In this document: in pieces, positions 35,705-44,257 of the stretch
Position numbering within the stretch: position 1 is the first letter of the stretch
How the letters are laid out: the number at the start of each line of letters is the position of its first letter
DNA from: Escherichia phage vB_EcoM_KAW1E185
Sequence record: NC_054922.1
Strand: one strand, 5' to 3'
DNA: 64,000 nucleotides
Notes under the pieces: generated by a model
Database searches by the model: none
The model's input: the letters and a program-made list of their open reading frames with translations, nothing else
What the model was told of the DNA's origin: nothing
Position numbers and translations under genes: made by a program

Positions 35705-35733
35705 CCAAAAAGCCCCAACCTTTCGGTCGGGGC
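35705..35733 (-). terminator. Intrinsic terminator ending the tRNA/stable-RNA transcription unit
   Basis: Minus strand GCCCCGACC-GAAA-GGUUGGGGC followed by UUUUUGG. Confidence 0.75.
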
Positions 35734-35744
35734 TAAGCCTTGCG

Positions 35745-36040
35745 GCAACCTTGTCGGGGTTCCACCTGCTAAGGCAAGTGTTTGTACGAAACGCCGGGAT
35801 TCGAACCCGGTTATTAAGTAGTTGACGCTACTCAATATTTTTAAAAGGCCATATCTCGACCATATCCGAACGTTCCGTCAAAAACGCTACTCGGCTTACG
35901 GCAAAGATATTTCCTCGAATCGATAATTCGGTGCGCCGTTTCTGCTGTGATGTAAGAGGGCATCAATAAACGCAAAGATTATTAACGCAATTCCTTACTC
36001 AGGGAACATCAGTCCGACGACTTACCGGTAGCGACCCGGT
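35745..36040 (-). ncRNA. Putative stable structured RNA(s) downstream of tRNA cluster (possible analogue of T4 species 1/2 RNAs)
   Basis: No credible ORF; tRNA-like T-arm CCGGGUUCGAAUCCCGG near 35795-35811 and several further stems; boundaries approximate. Confidence 0.35.
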
Positions 36041-36043
36041 TTC

Positions 36044-36394
36044 TTAATATTCTTTTAAAGCATCAATCTGTTTACGGCGTTCACGCCATAAATCAATTGC
36101 TTCATACGCGGATTCAGCATTTCGAATTAGCCGGCATTTATGTAAAGACTTATGATTTTGATATTGTGTAGATAACGGAATTTTATCTAAAAGGTCTTTA
36201 CGTTCAAAGTATTCGTAACCATCTAAGCCAAATGAACGATTTTTGAGAAATTGCCAATGACCAAATTCGTTTTGAATATAAATATAATCCGCATGTTGAT
36301 AAAGTAAATTAATTTCACGAAATGAGATATGTTTTTCATATTCATTGAAGTAAAATGTTAAATCATGAACTACTAAATAAACATTACCTTTCAT
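36044..36394 (-). CDS. Hypothetical protein (116 aa) inside the RNA gene region
   Basis: SD GAGGAAAA 5 nt upstream of ATG 36394. Confidence 0.5.
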   Translation of the reverse strand: MKGNVYLVVHDLTFYFNEYEKHISFREINLLYQHADYIYIQNEFGHWQFLKNRSFGLDGYEYFERKDLLDKIPLSTQYQNHKSLHKCRLIRNAESAYEAIDLWRERRKQIDALKEY

Positions 36395-36412
36395 ATTTTC
36401 CTCACTTATAAT

Positions 36413-36488
36413 TGGTCGAGGCAGTAGGGATCGAACCTACGACCTAGGACTTAGAAGGTCCTTGCTCTTCCTTCTGAGCTATGCCCCG
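36413..36488 (-). tRNA. tRNA-Arg (anticodon UCU)
   Basis: Hand-folded cloverleaf, 76 nt, encoded CCA; anticodon loop CUUCUAA. Confidence 0.8.
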
Positions 36489-36492
36489 TAAT

Positions 36493-36568
36493 TGGGGTGA
36501 CCGATGGGAGTCGAACCCATGACTACGAGAATCACAATCTCGAGTTCTACCAACTGAACTACGGCCAC
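36493..36568 (-). tRNA. tRNA-His (anticodon GUG), tentative
   Basis: Hand-folded cloverleaf, discriminator C, encoded CCA; anticodon loop UUGUGAU; no encoded G-1. Confidence 0.55.
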
Positions 36569-36682
36569 ATTAATACCTACTCCAACAATCAAGATGTCTT
36601 CACACGAAATTAAGAGAAGAGTGATCAGTTCAACCCCTATAATCGCGTCAAGTAGATATTAATGTGACAGTTGTCACAAATT

Positions 36683-36757
36683 TGGCGGACGTGATAGGAT
36701 TCGAACCTATAACCAATCGCTTAACAGGCGATCGCTCTGCCATTGAGCTACACATCC
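36683..36757 (-). tRNA. tRNA-Asn (anticodon GUU)
   Basis: Hand-folded cloverleaf, 75 nt; anticodon loop CUGUUAA. Confidence 0.75.
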
Positions 36758-36761
36758 AAAT

Positions 36762-36848
36762 TGGTGGGGAGTGGTGGAGTCGAACCACCCGAGTCGCAAT
36801 GACAATGAATTTACAGTCCACACCGCTACCTCTACGGGATAACTCCCC
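36762..36848 (-). tRNA. tRNA-Tyr (anticodon GUA), long variable arm
   Basis: 87 nt; anticodon loop CUGUAAA; stem has two G-U pairs. Confidence 0.6.
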
Positions 36849-36857
36849 AAATTAATT

Positions 36858-36932
36858 TGGTGGCCCTGGGTGGAATTGAACCACCATCTGGCGATTATGA
36901 GTCGCTTGCTTGAACCTTCCAGCTACAGGGCC
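36858..36932 (-). tRNA. tRNA with anticodon CAU (elongator Met or Ile2-lysidine type)
   Basis: 75 nt; anticodon loop CUCAUAA; G1-C72 pair argues against initiator. Confidence 0.7.
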
Positions 36933-36933
36933 T

Positions 36934-37009
36934 TGGTGCTGATTGACGGAATCGAACCGCCGACCTTCTCATTACAAGTGAGTTGCTCTACCTACTAAGC
37001 TAAATCAGC
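36934..37009 (-). tRNA. tRNA-Thr (anticodon UGU)
   Basis: 76 nt; anticodon loop CUUGUAA. Confidence 0.75.
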
Positions 37010-37014
37010 AAAAC

Positions 37015-37104
37015 TGGCGGAGGCGATAGGATTTGAACCTATGAGTCGCCGGAGCGACTGCCGGTTTTCAAGACCGGTGCATTAAACCACTCTGCCACGC
37101 CTCC
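37015..37104 (-). tRNA. tRNA-Ser (anticodon UGA), long variable arm
   Basis: 90 nt; anticodon loop CUUGAAA. Confidence 0.8.
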
Positions 37105-37110
37105 AAATAT

Positions 37111-37761
37111 TTATATATTGTTAATTTGATTTAGAATTCTTTTTGCTTGAGTATGACTTACGCCAATATGCTTAGCATATTTAGACAATTCGCCACGTTT
37201 AGAAAAATCATATAATTTAGAAATTTCTATTCTTCTTTTTCTTTCATCCGCAGAAACTTTTGCTTCGTTTGCTTTTGCTATTTTACGTTTAGCTTCTTGA
37301 GAATGAGTTTTACCAGCAAAGCCATTCTTCATTAATCCATTTGAAGACCATCCTTTTAATTTTCCGTTAGAATGTGCCTTTTTAACACCCAATGAAATTA
37401 ATTCGCGTTGCTGATCTGTCATAGGATAATTATTTATATGGTCCCATCCACCTTCACCTCCAAGTTTTAAATTATACACATCTGGTCTATTTAAAAACTC
37501 TTCTGTGACAATATTTTTCTCGGCTTCAAGCATAGATTCTTTATCGTCAAAATACTCTAATATTTCTTTAGAAAAATTTTCTATACCATATTTATCTTGG
37601 GCTCTTTTTAATAATTTACCAGAACCCATATATCCATCATCTAAATTTTCGGTAGAATGCACACCAATATAAATTTTATTATTAATTTTATTTGTTATTT
37701 TATAAAGATAAAAATGCATATCAGTCCCTAATAAAGAACTGAGCGTCTCACGACGAGTCAT
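37111..37761 (-). CDS. segB: GIY-YIG homing endonuclease (SegB-like) inserted within the tRNA cluster
   Basis: 216 aa; FYLYKITN...KIYIGV GIY-YIG motif; basic C-terminal DNA-binding tail; flanked by tRNA genes. Confidence 0.8.
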   Translation of the reverse strand: MTRRETLSSLLGTDMHFYLYKITNKINNKIYIGVHSTENLDDGYMGSGKLLKRAQDKYGIENFSKEILEYFDDKESMLEAEKNIVTEEFLNRPDVYNLKLGGEGGWDHINNYPMTDQQRELISLGVKKAHSNGKLKGWSSNGLMKNGFAGKTHSQEAKRKIAKANEAKVSADERKRRIEISKLYDFSKRGELSKYAKHIGVSHTQAKRILNQINNI

Positions 37762-37765
37762 AAAT

Positions 37766-37839
<74 letters not shown>

Positions 37840-37844
37840 AAATT

Positions 37845-37931
37845 TGGTGCGAGAAGTGGGACTCGAACCCACAAGGAAATCATTCCGCAGCATTTTAAGT
37901 GCTGTGCCTTTACCAATTTGACCATTCTCGC
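37845..37931 (-). tRNA. tRNA-Leu (anticodon UAA), long variable arm
   Basis: 87 nt; anticodon loop CUUAAAA. Confidence 0.8.
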
Positions 37932-38005
37932 GCTGGGAATAAAGGACTCGAACCTTTGCATCTAGCAGTCAAAGTGCTATGCCTTACCAACTTGGCTAAT
38001 TCCCA
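37932..38005 (-). tRNA. tRNA-Gln (anticodon UUG), CCA not fully encoded
   Basis: Anticodon loop CUUUGAC; abuts tRNA-Leu. Confidence 0.75.
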
Positions 38006-38091
38006 ATTATTAACAAAGGCTCTCAAACAAGAACCCTTGATGATAGAGGGTATTAATCAGTGCGGTATGAGTTAATAATAACAAATAATTC

Positions 38092-38607
38092 TTAAAGCAA
38101 ATTAAACATTTTAACGGTCGGCAAAACAATTTCTTCTTCTATATAAGAGTATTTAACACTCTCAACTACACGCAAAAAATCATAATCATAATACTCAGAA
38201 GCATTACCTAAAATATTAATAAGTCCTTCAAGCACTTTATTACCATTCACAAAGAATAAGTCAAATACGCGTTCTTCGTCTTCTTCGGATTTATTACCAA
38301 GGTCAACTTCTATATCAAAGACCTTTTTAATGAATTCTGGATAAAGTTGTTCTGAGAACAGTCCTTCAACCAAGTATTCATAAATAAAAAGCGATTGCTC
38401 GCTGAACAAGCCATTACCACAATAACGTTCAGCTTTAGTACTAGAATGTCTACTTTTAAACTTCTTTAAAAGATATTGAAATTGTAAGATTTCATGCTCT
38501 TCTACGCCAAACAGTGTTTTAGTTTTATAGTTGTCACCATCATTTTCCCAGGTAGTGGCATCAATTACGTAACCCTGTGGAATTGTAGTACCTAAACAAA
38601 TATTCAT
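38092..38607 (-). CDS. Hypothetical acidic protein (171 aa)
   Basis: ORF track. Confidence 0.5.
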   Translation of the reverse strand: MNICLGTTIPQGYVIDATTWENDGDNYKTKTLFGVEEHEILQFQYLLKKFKSRHSSTKAERYCGNGLFSEQSLFIYEYLVEGLFSEQLYPEFIKKVFDIEVDLGNKSEEDEERVFDLFFVNGNKVLEGLINILGNASEYYDYDFLRVVESVKYSYIEEEIVLPTVKMFNLL

Positions 38608-38897
38608 TTGCTCACCATATTAATGTAAGTATATTCAATACATTCAAGACCCAAAGGATTCTTGAAAATATCATATTCAAGAGGACCTTTTTCCGTTTCA
38701 ATAAAGAAATCAAAATTTACTGTATTAAATTTACGGTCTTCCTTCACTAATTTAACCTGAGAAGATGAACGGTCAATGTAAACCTTTTCAACTTCAAAAC
38801 ATGTTAAAATGCCATAATCATCAATCAAGGCTTTAGCTGCTTCTTGATCATATTTATATCCATTTTCAATGGATGATACTTTAGCATAAAGAATCAT
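38604..38897 (-). CDS. Hypothetical protein (97 aa)
   Basis: ORF track; 4-nt overlap. Confidence 0.5.
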   Translation of the reverse strand: MILYAKVSSIENGYKYDQEAAKALIDDYGILTCFEVEKVYIDRSSSQVKLVKEDRKFNTVNFDFFIETEKGPLEYDIFKNPLGLECIEYTYINMVSK

Positions 38898-38899
38898 TA

Positions 38900-39310
38900 T
38901 CAGCCTCTATCAACGATAGCATGAGTATGGGCATTTACGATTTGCCACCAGTCGAAACGATTGGAACCATAATCTGGTTTATTTTCATTTTCTTTAATGA
39001 TATCACGCAGTTTATCTTCTGTTTCAGCATACGCAATTAAATCATCATATCCGCCACAAGGATAATAATTATCACCTGCGAATAAAAGAAAATTTACCTT
39101 AGATGGATTTACGTAATAATGGTCTTTAGGATATTTAGTTCCTCTCCAATCAGTTACTTCAACATAACGGTAAGAAAATCCATTTTTACTTTCAATCCAA
39201 CTCCACGCTTCAAAAGGAGTATTAAAAACTTTATCAGGTATTAAATTACCTTCAAAATGAGAAGGATTTGCATAATCCCCGGCATAAACATAATATTCGT
39301 TAATACTCAT
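38900..39310 (-). CDS. Hypothetical protein (136 aa)
   Basis: ORF track. Confidence 0.5.
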   Translation of the reverse strand: MSINEYYVYAGDYANPSHFEGNLIPDKVFNTPFEAWSWIESKNGFSYRYVEVTDWRGTKYPKDHYYVNPSKVNFLLFAGDNYYPCGGYDDLIAYAETEDKLRDIIKENENKPDYGSNRFDWWQIVNAHTHAIVDRG

Positions 39311-39496
39311 TTATTCACCTTTAGAAATTTTATCCATAACAATAGCAATTAAACCAATTAAAAATGCTACTACAAGTGAAAACACATTTTCTGCTGTAGT
39401 CAATAATCCACATATAAATCCAACAAACATTGAAAAACTAAAAGCGGAAGCAGAAATTGCAATAGCAACATTTCGAATTAATTCACAACGTTTCAT
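39311..39496 (-). CDS. Small membrane protein (61 aa, 2 TM)
   Basis: Hydrophobic VAIAISASAFSFSMFVGFICGLL and LVVAFLIGLIAIV. Confidence 0.45.
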   Translation of the reverse strand: MKRCELIRNVAIAISASAFSFSMFVGFICGLLTTAENVFSLVVAFLIGLIAIVMDKISKGE

Positions 39497-39524
39497 TTTA
39501 TTCTCCTCAGTAGTAGATAGGGTA

Positions 39525-39553
39525 ATAGTATCACTACCCTATCTAAAAGTAAA
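39525..39553 (-). promoter_or_regulatory. Early promoter with flanking inverted repeat
   Basis: Minus strand TTTACT - 17 nt - TACTAT; GATAGGG...CCCTATC brackets the -10. Confidence 0.6.
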
Positions 39554-39554
39554 C

Positions 39555-39788
39555 TTATTTTTTACGAAAAATTGATTTATATTTATCAGCCCATTTCTCG
39601 ATGACTTTTTCTGGTCCATAGATAACAAAATAATCACCAAACTCTTCACCACCGAGTTGACCGAAATTATCTAATGCATCACGAAGAACTCCATGAGGCA
39701 TTTCGCCCATTTTATCTTTCTTACCAATGTAAATAAACTCAACTTTTACATCAGCAGCTTCAGCAATAAATTCTTGATACGTTTTCAT
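39555..39788 (-). CDS. Internal-protein-like capsid-targeted small protein (77 aa from MKTYQEFIAEA)
   Basis: Capsid-targeting-like N-terminus; early promoter directly upstream. Confidence 0.6.
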   Translation of the reverse strand: MKTYQEFIAEAADVKVEFIYIGKKDKMGEMPHGVLRDALDNFGQLGGEEFGDYFVIYGPEKVIEKWADKYKSIFRKK

Positions 39789-39824
39789 TTTATTCTCCAA
39801 TTTCACATTTGTTTTGATAGGGCA

Positions 39825-39852
39825 ATAGTATCACTACTAAAACCCCGTGTAA
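39825..39852 (-). promoter_or_regulatory. Early promoter
   Basis: Minus strand TTTACA - 17 nt - TACTAT. Confidence 0.6.
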
Positions 39853-39873
39853 ACAACTTTGTGAAATTGTTTA

Positions 39874-40161
39874 TTACAAAAGATTTTTAGCAATAATCTT
39901 GAGATGTGCTGCAGAAATGTGTTTAGCTTTAAACAACGCAGTTTCTTCGGCAGGAGAGATAACGATTGTAGCACCATCCTTTTTAGCAGACCACCCATCA
40001 CCTAGGTAAACAGTACCTTTGATTTCTTCGCCATCAACCAGACTAATCATTGGTTTACCTTCTCGTCCTTTATTTGCTTTAATAACTTCAGAAGTAAGAG
40101 TAGCTTCGGTAATGGTAGAAACCGGGGTAGTTGTAGAAGTAAATTCTTTAAATGTTTTCAT
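39874..40161 (-). CDS. Internal protein I-like capsid-targeted protein (95 aa)
   Basis: N-terminus MKTFKEFTSTT; adjacent to 57B where T4 places ipI. Confidence 0.6.
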   Translation of the reverse strand: MKTFKEFTSTTTPVSTITEATLTSEVIKANKGREGKPMISLVDGEEIKGTVYLGDGWSAKKDGATIVISPAEETALFKAKHISAAHLKIIAKNLL

Positions 40162-40191
40162 TTTATTTTCCTAATTAATTTTGATGAGATA

Positions 40192-40220
40192 ATAGTATCA
40201 CTACCTCATCAGTATGTAAA
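40192..40220 (-). promoter_or_regulatory. Early promoter with flanking inverted repeat
   Basis: Minus strand TTTACA - 17 nt - TACTAT; GATGAG...CTCATC brackets the -10. Confidence 0.6.
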
Positions 40221-40233
40221 CAACTTTGTGAAA

Positions 40234-40930
<697 letters not shown>

Positions 40931-40931
<1 letters not shown>

Positions 40932-41656
40932 TATAGTACCTTTAGTGTATTTTTAATTTTAGAAAAAAGTTCTTCAAGAGAACCATCGTTTGTAATTACT
41001 AAATCGCCATCACGAATTGGCAATCCAGCTTCTGTAATATGCGTATCATTGGATTTTTGACCAGGACGAACTACATGAATTACTGTAGCACCCATCGCCC
41101 TAGCCGCATCCATTTCATGATCCTGACGGGTATCAGGAACGATATAATAATCATAACCTGAGTTAAATTTATCAAGATAATCTAAAGCAAATAATTTTAC
41201 CCAGTACATGCGGTCGAAGTTATTAACAATCAAATCCGTACCTAGGGCTTGCATCAGACGACGGACTGACCATTGATCTTCAATATTATTTATAACGTCA
41301 GTAATTTTGTTAAATGCTACGAAATTAACTGATTCTTTTCCTTCGTCATCAAAAACAAACACACCTTTAATTGGGCTTTTACCATTAAGATAGCAAAATG
41401 CTTGTTCCATAATCGTGATTACTTCTAATTTAGTCAGATTTAAATTAGTCTCACGATCATAGTCAATTCCTTCAAACTCTTTACGAGTTAAGCAAGGATA
41501 GTCGGTGTTTGCTGCAAATACTCCCCATGCATAAGCCAATGCATCCTTAATAGGACCAGCAAGTTGGTATTTAACTGCAGAATAATTGCTCATGATAAAA
41601 TCAGCAGTAGTATCTTTTCCACTACGCTTTACACCGCTTAAAAAGATTAGTTTCAT
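40931..41656 (-). CDS. 1: Deoxynucleoside monophosphate kinase gp1
   Basis: 241 aa from MKLIFLSGVKRSGKDT (P-loop). Confidence 0.9.
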
Positions 41657-41705
41657 GTGTTTCTCCTCAAATTTAATTAAGATTATAACACACAAAACTG
41701 AAGCA

Positions 41706-42236
41706 TTAAACTTCTGCTATAATTTTTCCATCTTTTTCTACTTGAAAATAGGTGTAAGGAATCGTTGCTGTACATACTAAAGCCGGGTCTGAATCTTCCG
41801 TGTAGCTAAATTCTACTTCAGACAGGTCAGAAACCCAAGGCTTATAAAAATTTATTGACATCACGATTTCAGTTTTGCTATTATCTAAGATGTAAAGCGT
41901 AATGTACTCAGGACCTGTTTTTTGTGCAGTATTTTCACCTGTAAGATAGTTGCTAGTTCCTAGCATCCATTCATACATTCCTATCCATGACTTAAGTTCT
42001 TCATCAACTATAAATCTCACGATGAGTGGATCATACTCGAATGTAACACCAGGACGTTGTGCTCGGCCCAGTCCAAACGGCCCAGTCACGGTATCAGTAA
42101 CAGGTATTCTAATTCCTGGAATAGGAACTGACTGAGCATTTAAAGTAAAAGCAGATGTAGTATTACTGTGCGGTATTGATACTACAAAGTTAGTTGTATT
42201 TGCTTGGTTAAAAATTTGTTGCAGAGCTTGCGACAT
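41706..42236 (-). CDS. 3: Tail tube/sheath terminator protein gp3
   Basis: 176 aa from MSQALQQ with SD GAGGA; position between 1 and 2. Confidence 0.8.
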   Translation of the reverse strand: MSQALQQIFNQANTTNFVVSIPHSNTTSAFTLNAQSVPIPGIRIPVTDTVTGPFGLGRAQRPGVTFEYDPLIVRFIVDEELKSWIGMYEWMLGTSNYLTGENTAQKTGPEYITLYILDNSKTEIVMSINFYKPWVSDLSEVEFSYTEDSDPALVCTATIPYTYFQVEKDGKIIAEV

Positions 42237-42342
42237 ATATTCCTCATAATGCTTTATAACTGTTGGTGGTATAATGGGTCTAAGTCCCTTCCATTCAATT
42301 CCATTTAGAACAAACAACAGAAAAGAATGGAAGATAATAGAA

Positions 42343-43167
42343 TTAGATATTTGACCAGACTTTGTTTGCAGAGAAACGTTTTCCTTTTGAAACGAACTGC
42401 TGAAGTGGCATCAACACAACGTTCGCCCAGTCTTTCGGGGCGATTTCAACAAGGCTACCCATAATATTACCAGGTATATATGCCTTAATCATTTGGTCTG
42501 CACCCCTAAATCCTTTCACTTGACTCCAATCAATTTTTAATTTCGTTTTATTAGTAATAGTAGGTGTATTTGCATATTGCTTTAAAAGCTCTTCTAGGAA
42601 TTGCTGACGAGCTTTAGGTGGAATATAGTGCAAGTTTAATCCGTACATTAAATTATGCTTACCTAAACCAAGGTAAATTATCAAAGGAAATTTATCCCAG
42701 TAAGGAAGAGTTTCCTTGTGTTTAGCATCATAAGCAAAAGCATATATTCGTCCCGGCTGCGGGCGAACAACTTTATGTCCTTTTACTTGCTTAATAGTTT
42801 CAGCAAACCACTTTCTGGTTTTATTATTAATTGCTGCACCTTCATTACGAATTTTATCACGCAATGTTTGTCTGAATGAATTTATCATAAGCAGTTGTCT
42901 TTCTTGCTTATTGAGTTTATTCATTGGTTTTGATTCAAGCTTTTGAATCTTTTCAGCCGTTTTAATTCCTGAAGCATATTTTGACATTGCTGAAGTAAAC
43001 GTAGAGTATTTGATTCCTCTTTCTTCAGCAAATTGCTTTCCTGTCATTCCTTTTGCTTTGGCCTTTTTATATTCAAGACCTATCTGAATCCATTTCTTTT
43101 CGTTTAATGATTGCTTAACCTTTGGAACTTGGGGAGTGCTTTCATTAATTATTTGAAAAATAGCCAT
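42343..43167 (-). CDS. 2: DNA end protector gp2
   Basis: 274 aa; length and position as T4 gp2. Confidence 0.85.
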
Positions 43168-43619
43168 TATGCCCCCTTAAAGCCAAGAGCTCGTAATCCA
43201 TCTTCTGTTAGAATTCTAAATTTTATTCCACGCTTTTCAGCTAAAGCTTGCGCTGCTTTCCATTTGTCGGTATTAACGGAATATGTATAAATTTCATTCA
43301 TAAATCTTTTCTTCGCTGCAGTTGTTAGATGTGCTGGTTTAACTGGTGGTTGTGTTTCTTTTTTAGGTTTTATTTCAATAAAAAATTCTTGTCCAGAAGA
43401 ATCTTTCATCCAAATATCCATGAAGTATCTACGTTTTTTCCCTTCTGCATTACAAAAATAAGGAATTACTGCTGTTTCACTACCCCATGCAATAATTTCT
43501 GGATTTTTATCTAACCATTCAAAAAAGAATTTTTCCCAATTTGATCTATACGTAATTTTTTTAGGGTCACCTCTATACTTTGATATATTTTTAGGAACCC
43601 ATTTTCCAGAATATGCCAT
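43167..43619 (-). CDS. 4: Head completion protein gp4
   Basis: 150 aa; length and position as T4 gp4. Confidence 0.85.
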
Positions 43620-43630
43620 TGGATTCTCCT

Positions 43631-43638
43631 TATAAATA
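43631..43638 (+). promoter_or_regulatory. T4 late promoter for gene 53
   Basis: TATAAATA 29 nt upstream of ATG; SD AGGAGGG. Confidence 0.7.
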
Positions 43639-43645
43639 GATAATA

Positions 43646-43653
43646 TATTTATA
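43646..43653 (-). promoter_or_regulatory. T4 late promoter for gene 4 (divergent from gene 53 promoter)
   Basis: Plus tatttata = minus TATAAATA. Confidence 0.65.
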
Positions 43654-43666
43654 AACAGGAGGGCCC

Positions 43667-44257
43667 ATGCTCTTTACATTTTTTGATCCGATTGAATATG
43701 CGGCCAAAACGGTGAATAAAAACGCGCCGACTATTCCTATGACAGATATTTTTAGAAACTATAAAGACTATTTTAAACGCGCTCTTGCGGGATACCGCTT
43801 ACGTACTTATTATATCAAAGGTTCACCACGCCCGGAAGAATTAGCAAATACTATATATGGAAATCCACAGTTGTATTGGGTTTTATTGATGTGTAATGAT
43901 AATTATGATCCGTATTATGGATGGATTACTTCACAAGAAGCTGCTTATCAAGCATCTATACAAAAATACAAAAATGTGGGTGGAGACCAGATAGTATATC
44001 ATGTGAATGAGAACGGTGAAAAATTTTATAATTTAATATCATACGATGATAATCCATATGTTTGGTATGACAAAGGTGATAAAGCTAGAAAATATCCTCA
44101 ATATGAAGGAGCACTTGCTGCGGTCGATACGTATGAAGCTGCTGTTCTTGAAAATGAAAAACTTCGTCAAATAAAAATAATAGCAAAATCCGACATTAAT
44201 TCATTTATGAACGACCTTATACGTATAATGGAGAAATCTTATGGAAATGATAAGTAA
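43667..44257 (+). CDS. 53: Baseplate wedge protein gp53
   Basis: 196 aa; length and position as T4 gp53. Confidence 0.9.
   Translation: MLFTFFDPIEYAAKTVNKNAPTIPMTDIFRNYKDYFKRALAGYRLRTYYIKGSPRPEELANTIYGNPQLYWVLLMCNDNYDPYYGWITSQEAAYQASIQKYKNVGGDQIVYHVNENGEKFYNLISYDDNPYVWYDKGDKARKYPQYEGALAAVDTYEAAVLENEKLRQIKIIAKSDINSFMNDLIRIMEKSYGNDK

Noticed and set aside
35659-35835. N-terminal extension of the 216-aa ORF-track call for the internal-protein gene (35185-35835)
   Set aside because: The extension runs through a late promoter and an intrinsic terminator hairpin and lacks an RBS; the ATG at 35658 has a good SD and the capsid-targeting-like N-terminus.
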